64,000 nucleotides of DNA from Christensenellaceae bacterium (GTDB lineage: Bacteria; Bacillota; Clostridia; Christensenellales; Borkfalkiaceae), in NCBI GenBank assembly GCA_045536025.1, contig JAZSMT010000034.1, positions 2,085 through 66,084 on the forward strand, read 5' to 3'. Below are positions 26,722 to 35,998 of the stretch, in pieces; positions within the stretch are counted from its first letter, which is position 1, and every line of letters starts with the position of its first letter. The notes under the pieces were generated by a model that was not told where the DNA came from, ran no database searches, and saw nothing but the letters and a program-made list of their open reading frames with translations. Position numbers and translations under genes: made by a program.

Positions 26722-26886
26722 AATGAAATCACCTATGGTGATGAAATCCAAACTTGTTTGGATGAAATCTTTAGCCTACGGCTTCAGATGAAATTAAATC
26801 CGCTAGCATTTAACCTTGCTAAGCAAGATTTCATCGCGTAGCGATTTCATCTACGGCAGTAGATTTATTCCGCATTTAGCGGATTT
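26722..26886 (-). repeat. Hairpin array, GATGAAATC / GATTTCATC type
   Basis: Plus strand: hairpins 26728-42, 26746-63 and 26767-89 joined by GAA; centre hairpin 26796-811; hairpins 26813-29, 26833-45 and 26849-64 joined by TTC; then 26869-83. All stems close with ATC...GAT and all variable parts are self-complementary. Confidence 0.85.
26808..26879. repeat. 72-bp direct repeat, copy 2
   Basis: Identical to 26255-26326. Confidence 0.95.
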
Positions 26887-26891
26887 AGTTG

Positions 26892-26924
26892 AAAAATGCT
26901 CAAGATTAAGTCTTGAGCATTTTT
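26892..26924. terminator. Bidirectional terminator downstream of tRNA-Leu
   Basis: AAAAATGCTCAAGA-TTAA-GTCTTGAGCATTTTT. Confidence 0.75.
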
Positions 26925-26925
26925 C

Positions 26926-27008
26926 TGGTGCGGATAACAGGAATCGAACCTGCACGGTTTCCCACAGGATTCTAAGTCCTGCGCGTCTGCCAGTTCCGCC
27001 ATATCCGC
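26926..27008 (-). tRNA. tRNA-Leu (anticodon UAG)
   Basis: Minus-sense GCGGATATGGCGGAACTGGCAGACGCGCAGGACTTAGAATCCTGTGGGAAACCGTGCAGGTTCGATTCCTGTTATCCGCACCA. Cloverleaf with a long variable arm, anticodon loop CUUAGAA, TPsiC GGTTCGATTCC and an encoded CCA. Confidence 0.9.
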
Positions 27009-27031
27009 GTATATTAAGGGGTACTAGCCCC

Positions 27032-27673
27032 TTATTTGTTCATAATTTCTACACCCGAGGACGTTCCTATTCTACTTGCGCCAATCTCAATAAACTTAAC
27101 GGCGTCTTGATAAGTTTTTATTCCGCCCGAGGCTTTAATAAGCGTTTTACCGCTTAAATTTTCCTTCATAATTTTAACGGCTTGCTCGGTTGCTACGCCA
27201 CCTGTAAAGCCCGTGCAAGTTTTAACGAAATCTGCGCCCGCCTCACAAACGATTTTTGTAGCCAAGGCAATTTCTTCGTCAGTTAAAAGCCCGCTTTCAA
27301 TTATTACTTTTACTACGTTGCCGTTTGCAACCTCGATAACTCTTTCGATTTCAGTTTTTACAAAATCAAAATCGCCCTCTTTAAGCTTTGCTACGTTTAT
27401 AACCATATCAAGCTCGGTAGCTCCGTCTTGAACTGCAAGCCTTGCCTCTTCTACCTTAATTTCGGTTTTGTTTTTGCCGAGTGGAAAGCCTATAACGGTG
27501 CATACTTTAACGTACGTATCGCCTAGCAATTTTTTGCAAAGAACTACGTCGCAAGGGTTGACGCAAACAGATTTAAAATTGTATTTAACCGCCTCATAGC
27601 ACAGTTTTTCAATATCTTTATCCGCGCAAAATGATTTAAGTGCGGTATGGTCTATGTATTTATTAATATTCAT
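27032..27673 (-). CDS. deoC: Deoxyribose-phosphate aldolase
   Basis: 213 aa containing IDHTALK...VCVNP...KASGGI. Confidence 0.88.
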   Translation of the reverse strand: MNINKYIDHTALKSFCADKDIEKLCYEAVKYNFKSVCVNPCDVVLCKKLLGDTYVKVCTVIGFPLGKNKTEIKVEEARLAVQDGATELDMVINVAKLKEGDFDFVKTEIERVIEVANGNVVKVIIESGLLTDEEIALATKIVCEAGADFVKTCTGFTGGVATEQAVKIMKENLSGKTLIKASGGIKTYQDAVKFIEIGASRIGTSSGVEIMNK

Positions 27674-27693
27674 TATTTACCTATTAATACACG

Positions 27694-29034
27694 TTACTTG
27701 CCTACACAAAACTTAGAAAAAATTTCGTCTATTATTTCTTCGGTTGCAGTTTTGCCGGTGATTTCACCAAGCGCGTCCCACACCGACTTTACGTCCTCTG
27801 AAACTATATCTAAAGGAACGTTATCTTCAATTCCGCAAATAGACGCGTCTATATAATCACGAGCCTTTTCAAGGGCTTTTAAATGCCTTTCTTCAGTGAT
27901 AAGCTCGGCGTTTCTATCAATGCCACCGTCAAACGCTTTTTGATACAAAAGGGTTTTAAGCTCTTCTAACCCTTCGCCCGTTTTTGCCGATATTGATACG
28001 CCGTTTTTACTATCAAAGCCAAGGTCTTTTTTATTGTAAACCTTTATATGGTTTAAACTTTCTACCTTATTATAAATTAATTTATCTTCTTCCGTCAAGG
28101 AATTTGCACCGTCAAACACCATAAGGCACACGTCCGCACTTTTAAGTATTTTTTCCGAGCGTTCAATGCCTAATTTCTCAATCTCGTCAGACGCGGTGCG
28201 AATACCAGCCGTATCAAACAAGTCAAACCTAACGCCGTTTATATCGATAGCGCCCTCAACGACGTCACGCGTCGTTCCCTCAATCGAGGAAACGATAGCC
28301 TTGTCGTAATTAAGTAATGCGTTAAGTAGCGAAGATTTGCCAGTGTTGGGCTTACCCACTATTGCCACCTTTACGCCGTTTTTGATTTTACTACCCTTGT
28401 CGTAACCGCTAATTAAAGCGTTTATCCTTGAATACGCGTACTCAAGCGTTGATTTAAGCGTGTCAAACGCTAACTCTTCTAAATCTTCTTCGGGATAATC
28501 TACGTCCGCCCCGATTTCAGCTAATGCGTAAGTTAACTTTGACTGAATTTCTTCAATCTCGGCAAAAAGCTTTTCGCGGTATAAGCCGTAACCTGCTTTA
28601 ACCGAGGCTACACTTTCGCCGTTTATCATATCGATTAAACCTTCCGCTGAAGAAAGCGAAAGCTTGCCGTTTAAAAAAGCACGCTTGGTAAACTCGCCCT
28701 TGGTTGCTGGAACAGCACCGTTTTTAAAGGTTGCCTTTAAAACGCCTTGCTGAATTTGAATACCGCCGTGCGAGTGAATTTCAAACATATCCTCGCCCGT
28801 GTAACTGTTAGGTGCTTTAAAGTAAACCGCCATACCAAAATCGGTAAACTCGCCACAGTCAATCTCGCCAACGTAAAGCTTATACGGCTCGAAATCTTTA
28901 ACCTTAACGCCCCTTTTAATAGGGCGGAACATTTTTTCTAATAGCTCAAGCGAGCCTTTACCACTAACGCGAATAATGGCAACGCCACCAACGCCGTTTG
29001 CCGTGCCTATTGCAGAAATAATTTCGTTATTCAT
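27694..29034 (-). CDS. mnmE: tRNA modification GTPase MnmE
   Basis: 446 aa; GKPNTGKSSLLN, DTAGIR and C-terminal FCVGK. Confidence 0.93.
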   Translation of the reverse strand: MNNEIISAIGTANGVGGVAIIRVSGKGSLELLEKMFRPIKRGVKVKDFEPYKLYVGEIDCGEFTDFGMAVYFKAPNSYTGEDMFEIHSHGGIQIQQGVLKATFKNGAVPATKGEFTKRAFLNGKLSLSSAEGLIDMINGESVASVKAGYGLYREKLFAEIEEIQSKLTYALAEIGADVDYPEEDLEELAFDTLKSTLEYAYSRINALISGYDKGSKIKNGVKVAIVGKPNTGKSSLLNALLNYDKAIVSSIEGTTRDVVEGAIDINGVRFDLFDTAGIRTASDEIEKLGIERSEKILKSADVCLMVFDGANSLTEEDKLIYNKVESLNHIKVYNKKDLGFDSKNGVSISAKTGEGLEELKTLLYQKAFDGGIDRNAELITEERHLKALEKARDYIDASICGIEDNVPLDIVSEDVKSVWDALGEITGKTATEEIIDEIFSKFCVGK

Positions 29035-29036
29035 AC

Positions 29037-29828
29037 TTAGTTAAAAAAATCGTCGCTCGAACTTGAAGAATCGTTGCTTTTATTTTCTTCGTCGCCAAAC
29101 TCAGGGAAGGGGTTTTCAACCGGCTTTTTATTTTGAGGTGGTTGCTGAGGATTATATCCACCGTAATATCCACCGCCGTAGTAACCGCCACCGTACGGAG
29201 TTTGCGGTCTTACTATAACGTGTTTGGGGTTGTTCCTGCATGTGAACAAAAGAATACCGAAAAGCGGTTCAATGAACACCGAAAGCAATGCGTAAAGTAT
29301 CGCCGATTGCGGACGGTAAAGCCTAAATACCAAAAATACAAGGCTAACGTTAAAGAAAATGTAGGCTAAATCAAATAAAGAACTACCATAATAAGTTATA
29401 AACCAAACGACGTTAGTGTTGTCAATCCACGTAAGTAAAAACTCGTTAGTTATTTGAAATTTTATAGGAAATATAAGCTCAACCAAGTTTATATAGTAGC
29501 CTAAATCGATAATAAAAGTAAAAAACGCACTTACAATGCCCGTTATGCACGCCCATACGCCCACGTTTTTAAGTTTTAATCCCCAAACGGTGGTTTTGCC
29601 AACCAACTTACCAAGCGGAATAAGATTGAAAAAAGGCACGAACGAAACCCAAAGCTTTTTATACCCTTGTTTTTTCGTCATCGTAAATATGGCAATTGAT
29701 AAAAACAAATGCCCTACAACCCAAACAACAATATCAAAAATTACCGAAAAAAGCACATATGTCGGGCTAGAAAGTATGCTATCTAGCATAGTTGTATAAT
29801 CTAAACTGCCTGAAAGTAAATTAAACAT
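29037..29828 (-). CDS. Polytopic membrane protein with Gly/Tyr-rich and acidic Ser-rich tail, function unknown
   Basis: 263 aa; several TM helices; tail YGGGYYGGGYYGGYNPQQPP...SSSSSDDFFN. Confidence 0.5.
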   Translation of the reverse strand: MFNLLSGSLDYTTMLDSILSSPTYVLFSVIFDIVVWVVGHLFLSIAIFTMTKKQGYKKLWVSFVPFFNLIPLGKLVGKTTVWGLKLKNVGVWACITGIVSAFFTFIIDLGYYINLVELIFPIKFQITNEFLLTWIDNTNVVWFITYYGSSLFDLAYIFFNVSLVFLVFRLYRPQSAILYALLSVFIEPLFGILLFTCRNNPKHVIVRPQTPYGGGYYGGGYYGGYNPQQPPQNKKPVENPFPEFGDEENKSNDSSSSSDDFFN

Positions 29829-29844
29829 TTTTAACTCCTATAAA

Positions 29845-31275
29845 TTAGTACGCCCTAGCAAAATAAACTATCTTTTCAGCTTTTTTACCGCAAACGGCGC
29901 AGGTCTTACCCTCGGCACTATCTTCGGCAATTACTCTTGCAGTAGCCTGAGTTTGTTCTTTAATTTTTTCTTCGCACTCACGGCAACCGCACCAAGGCGC
30001 TTTAACGAAATTCTTGCCCTCAACAGCAGAAAGAATACCTTCTAAATTTTCAGCGTAAACGATTTTTGAATCACGGCGCTCGCGCGATTTTTCAAGCATA
30101 TCTTTTTGAACCGTGCTTAAAAGACTTAAAACTGCCTCGCTATCAAAGAGTTTTAACTCTGATTTTTCAAGCGTATCACGGCGCATAGCCATCATCTTGC
30201 AGTTTTCGATATCTCTAGGACCAACTTCAATTCTTACGGGAACGCCTTTCATCTCCCACTCGTTAAACTTCCAACCGGGCGTAGCGTCGCGCTTATCAAC
30301 CTCGGCGCGAATACCTGCGCTTTCTAAAATATCGCAAAGTTTTTGCGCGTTTTCTAAAACGCCCTCTTTATGCATACAAACTGGGATAATAATTACTTGA
30401 ATAGGTGCAACTACGGGCGGAATTACCAAACCACGCTGATCGCCGTGCGCCATAATAAGCGCGCCTATTAAACGAGTTGATACGCCCCACGAGGTAGAAT
30501 ATCCGTATTTAAGCGCACCGTCTTTATCCAAAAATTTCATATCGAAAGCTTTAGCAAAGTTTTGACCTAAATAGTGGGAGGTGCCTGCTTGCAAGCTCTT
30601 ACCGTCAAGCATCATAGCCTCCATACCGTAGGTAGCAATTGCGCCTGCAAACTTTTCTTTATCCGTTTTTCTACCCGTTATTACCGGGATAGCCAAGCAG
30701 TTTTCAGCAAAGTCTTTATACACGCCGAGCATAGTTTGGGTTTCAATTTCAGCCTCTTCTTCCGATGCGTGAACGGTATGACCTTCTTGCCATAAAAACT
30801 CGCTCGTTCTTAAAAAGGGACGGGTAGTTTTTTCCCATCTCATAACGTTACACCATTGATTCATTAAAATAGGAAGGTCACGATAGCTTTCCATCCACTT
30901 AGCATACATATTGCAAATTATAGTTTCGCTGGTGGGGCGAATAACCAAATGCTCTTGAAGTTCTTGCCCACCTGCTTTGGTAACGACTGCAACTTCAGGC
31001 GCAAACCCCTCTACGTGCTCAGCCTCTTTTTTAAGATAACTTTCGGGAATTAAAAGCGGAAAGTATGCGTTTTTAACACCCTGTTTTTTAAAGCGTTTGT
31101 CAAGCTCTTTTTGAATATTTTCCCATATAGCGTAGCCGTAGGGGCGAATTACCATAGTGCCTTTAACGGGACCGTAATCAACGAGTTCGGTCTTTAAAAC
31201 AACGTCTGTATACCATCTGGGGAAATCTTCATTAATATCTGCAATTTCTTTTACGAATTTTTTATCGTTTGCCAT
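29845..31275 (-). CDS. proS: Prolyl-tRNA synthetase (archaeal/eukaryote-like short type)
   Basis: 476 aa; class II motifs; C-terminal zinc-binding CGC...C...CAVCG region. Confidence 0.9.
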   Translation of the reverse strand: MANDKKFVKEIADINEDFPRWYTDVVLKTELVDYGPVKGTMVIRPYGYAIWENIQKELDKRFKKQGVKNAYFPLLIPESYLKKEAEHVEGFAPEVAVVTKAGGQELQEHLVIRPTSETIICNMYAKWMESYRDLPILMNQWCNVMRWEKTTRPFLRTSEFLWQEGHTVHASEEEAEIETQTMLGVYKDFAENCLAIPVITGRKTDKEKFAGAIATYGMEAMMLDGKSLQAGTSHYLGQNFAKAFDMKFLDKDGALKYGYSTSWGVSTRLIGALIMAHGDQRGLVIPPVVAPIQVIIIPVCMHKEGVLENAQKLCDILESAGIRAEVDKRDATPGWKFNEWEMKGVPVRIEVGPRDIENCKMMAMRRDTLEKSELKLFDSEAVLSLLSTVQKDMLEKSRERRDSKIVYAENLEGILSAVEGKNFVKAPWCGCRECEEKIKEQTQATARVIAEDSAEGKTCAVCGKKAEKIVYFARAY

Positions 31276-31515
31276 AATCTCTCCTGAATAATCCTAATAA
31301 TTATATATTATTATATCTATATTTACCTAAAAAGTAAAGCGTTTTACAAAAAACCACTTGCCTCCCAAGAGGTTTTTACTAAAATATAATTTAATTTTCA
31401 CAAAATTTATAGTTATTTTATTATTTATGCTTTATTTAACTGAAAAAGTGTGCTAAAATAAGATAGTAAAATTACTCCGCACGAATTTAGCGGACTAATA
31501 AAAAGGAGAAATCTA

Positions 31516-33486
31516 ATGGAAAACAACAATTTAACCGTCAACACCATACGCCTTTTATCGGCAGACGCGATTGAAAAATCAAACTCCGGCCACCCCGGCA
31601 TTTGCCTCGGTGCTGCTCCTATTGCCTATTCTTTATGGCAAAACTTTTTAACTTTTAATCCGTCAAGCAGTAAAAAGTTCTATAACCGCGACAGATTTAT
31701 TTTGTCAGCAGGTCACGGCTCTATGCTCAACTATTCTTTACTTCACTTGTACGGCTACAAGCTTTCGATTGAGGATATTAAAAATTTCCGTCAATTCGGC
31801 TCGAAAACTCCCGGTCACCCCGAATACAATCACACCGACGGCGTTGAAGTTTCAACCGGCCCGTTAGGTCAAGGTATTGCAAACGCAGTTGGTATGGCTA
31901 TTGCTGAAACCCACCTTGCGTCCGTTTACAATAAAGAGGGCTTCCCCGTTGTAGACCACTACACCTACGCTCTTTGTGGCGACGGTTGCTTGATGGAAGG
32001 TATTGAATACGAGGCTGCTTCGCTTGCAGGCTCACTTAAGCTTGGCAAACTTATCGTTTTATACGATTGCAACTACATAACTATCGAGGGCGACACTTCG
32101 CTCACGTTCAGTGAAGACGTTAAAAAGCGCCACCAAGCACAAGGCTGGCAAATTATCGAGGTTAAGGACGGTAACGATTTAGTAGCCCTCAATAAAGCTA
32201 TTAAGAAAGCAAAGGCTGAAAAGGAAAAGCCCTCGCTTATCGTATGCTATACCAAAATCGGTTACGGCTCTTCAAAAGAGGGTTCTGCAAGTTCGCACGG
32301 CGCACCCTTGGGCGCTGAGGCTCTTGAAGGTCTTAGAAAAAATCTCGATTACCCCTACGCGCCTTTCGAGGTTGCTGACGAGGTTTACGCTCACACCAAA
32401 AAAGCTATCAACCGCGGTAAAAAGGCTGAACGCGCTTGGAAGAAGATGTTTGCTGAATATTCTAAGCAATATCCCGAACTTGCAAAAGAGTTTATCGACC
32501 GCATGAACGGTAACCTCCCCGAAATTGACTGGGAAGAGGTTTACAAATTTGAAAAGGACGATGCTACTCGTGGAACTAGCGGTACGGTTATTAACAAACT
32601 TGCACCTCAAGTATCTATGCTTTTCGGCGGTTCGGCTGACCTTAACCCGTCTACTAAATCACACATGAAAACGGCTGGCGAATACTCGCCCGAAAACCGC
32701 GCAGGTAGAAACCTCCACTTTGGTATAAGAGAGCACGCAATGAGCGCAATTTGTAACGGTCTTGCTTGCCACGGCGGTTTCTTACCCTACTGTTCTACCT
32801 TCTTCGTATTCAGCGATTATATGAAGAACGCAATGCGCTTATCCGCGCTTATGGACCTTAACGTAACTTACGTTTTAACGCACGACTCTATCGGCGTTGG
32901 TGAAGACGGTCCTACCCACCAACCTATCGAACACTTAACTGCTCTTCGCTCTATGCCCAACATGAAGGTATTTAGACCTTGCGACGGTAGAGAAACTGCT
33001 GCAGGTTACGAAGTTGCCCTCACTGGTAACGGCCCTGTAAGCTTAATTCTTTCACGCCAAACTTTAAAGGGCTATGAAGGAACGGGCAAAGCTGCTCTTA
33101 AGGGCGGTTATATCCTTGCTGATAGTGACAAGAAGGTTCCCGACGTAATACTCATCGCGTCAGGCTCTGAAGTTGAGTGCTGTATGAACGCTAAAGAGCT
33201 TTTAAAAGCAGAAGGCGTTGACGCAAGAGTAGTTTCTATGCCCTGTATGGAACTTTTTGAAGCACAATCTCAAAAGTATAAAGAAAGCGTTATTCCTTCT
33301 AGCGTACGCGCAAGAGTGTGCGTTGAAGCAGGCTCTTCTATGCCTTGGTATAAGTACGCCGGCTTAGACGGAAAGATTATCGGCGTTGACGAATACGGTA
33401 TATCCGGCCCTGCTAAACAACTCTTTAACCACTACGGCTTTACCGCTGAAAACGTAAAAGCAACTGCGCTTGAAATAGTTAAATAA
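31516..33486 (+). CDS. tkt: Transketolase
   Basis: 656 aa containing [13 protein letters not shown] and [16 protein letters not shown]. Confidence 0.95.
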   Translation: MENNNLTVNTIRLLSADAIEKSNSGHPGICLGAAPIAYSLWQNFLTFNPSSSKKFYNRDRFILSAGHGSMLNYSLLHLYGYKLSIEDIKNFRQFGSKTPGHPEYNHTDGVEVSTGPLGQGIANAVGMAIAETHLASVYNKEGFPVVDHYTYALCGDGCLMEGIEYEAASLAGSLKLGKLIVLYDCNYITIEGDTSLTFSEDVKKRHQAQGWQIIEVKDGNDLVALNKAIKKAKAEKEKPSLIVCYTKIGYGSSKEGSASSHGAPLGAEALEGLRKNLDYPYAPFEVADEVYAHTKKAINRGKKAERAWKKMFAEYSKQYPELAKEFIDRMNGNLPEIDWEEVYKFEKDDATRGTSGTVINKLAPQVSMLFGGSADLNPSTKSHMKTAGEYSPENRAGRNLHFGIREHAMSAICNGLACHGGFLPYCSTFFVFSDYMKNAMRLSALMDLNVTYVLTHDSIGVGEDGPTHQPIEHLTALRSMPNMKVFRPCDGRETAAGYEVALTGNGPVSLILSRQTLKGYEGTGKAALKGGYILADSDKKVPDVILIASGSEVECCMNAKELLKAEGVDARVVSMPCMELFEAQSQKYKESVIPSSVRARVCVEAGSSMPWYKYAGLDGKIIGVDEYGISGPAKQLFNHYGFTAENVKATALEIVK

Positions 33487-33499
33487 TTCTAAACAAAAC

Positions 33500-33893
33500 A
33501 AAAACCCTTTGCCGTTAGCGTGATACTCTTAACGGAGTATCACGCAGTCAAATCCGTCTTCGCAGGGTAGCGAAGTGGCGCGAGCGCAATAAATGACAAC
33601 GCGGTGCGTTGTCAGAACGCGAGCGTGACCGAGCCGCAGCGAGACGGGAAATACGGATTTGTTTTCATCCAAGGCGCGTCCTTGGATTTCATCTGAACAA
33701 AGCGAAGATTTCATTAAACCAACAGAAAAAGAGAGAACATTTCGGCTATGAACCGATTTGTTCTCTCTTTCTGTCGTTATAAGGGTTTGGGCTTAGCCCA
33801 TAGAGTGTTTGACCAGTCAAATGCGATGCTCGCACTTAGCGGTATTTTCAAATTCTCCGCTAAGGACATCACCATTTCGGCAAAGGGTTTTTT
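33500..33893. repeat. Split bidirectional terminator stem enclosing a 363-nt hairpin-rich insert
   Basis: AAAAACCCTTTGCCG (33500-14) pairs with CGGCAAAGGGTTTTTT (33878-93). About nine hairpins lie between them, including ATTTCAT-linked units at 33662-33716. Confidence 0.75.
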
Positions 33894-33894
33894 A

Positions 33895-34818
33895 TTACGT
33901 TAAATTTACTAGTTGCTCTTCGGTGGTGGGCATAGGAAGTTCTTTACTATCTAAATATTCTAGCACCAAACGAGTTTCTCCCGCAAATTCCATATAATGA
34001 ACTCTAGCCGTTAGTTCTATCCAGCTCTCGTTATTAATAACGTCATTATCGTTATAAGCGCAAAGATGCCCTATAGTTTGAATATCGTCCATACAACAAG
34101 TGAGCGCCCCGCGACCTGCAACGAAAGTTTTAGGCGGAAGTTGGTCGCTAAACAGCGCCATACACTCAAACTTTACCACTCTATTTTGATATCTATTTAT
34201 ACTTTCAAAGCTGTCCACGTAAAAATCGCCAAACTCTTTAAGCCCTATTTCGATAACGTCCTTGTTAACGTCATACGGTAAATCGCTTACGAGCCTTATT
34301 TGATTTCCTGAATTATCAAGCGCAATAATTTCTAAAGCGCTGTTAATTACCTTTATATTTTTCTTTATTTTTGAAGTTTCTTGAGTAGGCTCACAGCGGT
34401 TGATAATAACCAGCTCACTTTCTTTTATCATATCGAAAAACAGTTGGCGCATTGACTGAAAGTATATGTTAAACGACGAGCCGTCTATTATGGTTATTAC
34501 CTGCTGAACGTCAAAATACGAGGGATAAAACACGCCACTTCCCCACATTTCGTTGCACTCGATAAAGATAACTTGCGGTTTATGCTTTCTAATAACGTCG
34601 TTAATTTGCTTGCCTTCCCACTCGTCTTTATCAAGATACTCAAAGCTGGCGTTATATTTTTTTAAAAACGCCTCGTCAAACTCCTCAACGCCCTCTTCTT
34701 GCGAAAGTATCAATACCCTGCCTAGGTCACCAAAATCTCCGCGAATAAGCGAATCTTTTATAAAATAGCTTTTACCACTTTCAAGTATGCCTTTTATTAT
34801 AATAACGGGTATTCCCAT
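33895..34818 (-). CDS. P-loop protein distantly related to the COG0523/CobW family, function unknown
   Basis: Start moved to MGIPVIIIKG. Degenerate Walker A GILESGKS. Directly follows a COG0523 gene (1-nt gap at the moved start; only the longer ORF-track start would overlap it). Confidence 0.4.
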   Translation of the reverse strand: MGIPVIIIKGILESGKSYFIKDSLIRGDFGDLGRVLILSQEEGVEEFDEAFLKKYNASFEYLDKDEWEGKQINDVIRKHKPQVIFIECNEMWGSGVFYPSYFDVQQVITIIDGSSFNIYFQSMRQLFFDMIKESELVIINRCEPTQETSKIKKNIKVINSALEIIALDNSGNQIRLVSDLPYDVNKDVIEIGLKEFGDFYVDSFESINRYQNRVVKFECMALFSDQLPPKTFVAGRGALTCCMDDIQTIGHLCAYNDNDVINNESWIELTARVHYMEFAGETRLVLEYLDSKELPMPTTEEQLVNLT

Positions 34819-34819
34819 C

Positions 34820-35896
34820 TTAGTTACCAAATAATTCCTCTAATTTTTGCTTGTTAAGTTTTACGCCGATTACACAAATTTTACCGCTTATATCAGGCGT
34901 GCCCTTTCTTATTTCTATCATTGAGGGAACGTAGTCAAACTCAAGCCAGCCACACTCGCCGTCAACTATTCCTTTTGCGCGCAAAACTTCACCGCAAACG
35001 CCTTTATCAAGCTCTTCTAAAATGCTTTGTAGCTTTTGCTTGCTAAACTTAGTGGGGGTTACGAGATAAAAACTGTCAAACACCTCGTCGGCATCGTGGT
35101 GATGATGATTACAACAGCACCCCTCGTGGTGTTCGTGTTCACAATCAAAATCGTGGTGATGATGCTCGTGATGTTCGTGCCCACAATCGCAGTCGTGATG
35201 GTGCTCGTGATGTTCGTGTTCACAATCACAATCGTGGTGATGATGCTCGTGATGGTGGTGATTTTCGGGGTTTTTCTTAAGCGCGTTTATAATAAGCGAC
35301 ATAAGTGCCTCGCCGTCTTCTAAATTTTCAAGTAAAACGCTACCGTCAAGCTCTTTTACTGGGGTAGTTATAATTGTTGCCGTGGGGTTAAAGTTTTTAA
35401 TATACTCGCAAGTATTTATTAGTTTTTCTTGAGAAAACCCCTCTATTTTAGATAAAACTATAGAATTTGCATTAACTATTTGGTCGATATAAAATTCACC
35501 GAAATTTTTGTGGTAAAGCTTTAATTTGTTACCGTCAACAACCGTACACAAAACGTTTACTTTAACACCCTCAACGTCATTAACTGCCGAAATAACCTCT
35601 GAAAGTTTTCCCACGCCCGACGGCTCGATAATAATTCTATCAAGGTCGTACGTTTTTATAAGTTCTGAAAGTGCCTCTTTAAAATTACCCGAAAGCGAGC
35701 AACAAATACAGCCCGAGTTTATCTCTTTTATATTAATACCCGTATCCTTTAAAAAAGCGCCGTCAATACCTATTTCACCAAACTCGTTTTCAATAAGCGC
35801 TACCTTTTCGTTTTTAAAAGATGACGAAAACAGTTTTTTAATAAGCGTAGTTTTACCCGCCCCCAAAAAACCAGAGATTATATCTACTTTAACCAT
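34820..35896 (-). CDS. COG0523-family metallochaperone GTPase with very long His/Cys/Asp/Glu-rich insert
   Basis: GFLGAGKTTL Walker A, ENEFGE, and the GCICCS (CxCC) metal motif. 57-aa insert NHHHHEHHHHDCDCEHEHH...GCCCNHHHHD. Confidence 0.8.
   Translation of the reverse strand: MVKVDIISGFLGAGKTTLIKKLFSSSFKNEKVALIENEFGEIGIDGAFLKDTGINIKEINSGCICCSLSGNFKEALSELIKTYDLDRIIIEPSGVGKLSEVISAVNDVEGVKVNVLCTVVDGNKLKLYHKNFGEFYIDQIVNANSIVLSKIEGFSQEKLINTCEYIKNFNPTATIITTPVKELDGSVLLENLEDGEALMSLIINALKKNPENHHHHEHHHHDCDCEHEHHEHHHDCDCGHEHHEHHHHDFDCEHEHHEGCCCNHHHHDADEVFDSFYLVTPTKFSKQKLQSILEELDKGVCGEVLRAKGIVDGECGWLEFDYVPSMIEIRKGTPDISGKICVIGVKLNKQKLEELFGN
35123..35263 (-). repeat. In-frame 39-42 nt tandem repeats encoding the His/Cys-rich units
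   Basis: Three units coding HHH(H)D(C/F)DC(E/G)HEHHE plus a partial fourth. Confidence 0.85.
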
Positions 35897-35998
35897 AATT
35901 CTACCTCTCAAAGCTAATTAACTATATTTTAAAACTTTTTAAATAAAAATACAAACAAAAAGCGTCGCATTTTGTAGATACGGCGCTTTTATTTTAAA

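Noticed and set aside
31276-31515. T-box leader upstream of proS.
   Set aside because: The region is AT-rich and short. It has no AGAGA/GNUGGNA T-box sequence, no specifier-loop architecture and no terminator before the start codon.
33529-33714. 61-aa minus-strand ORF in the tkt downstream region.
   Set aside because: It falls entirely within the stacked hairpins, has no ribosome-binding site, and its reading frame is a by-product of GC-rich palindromes.
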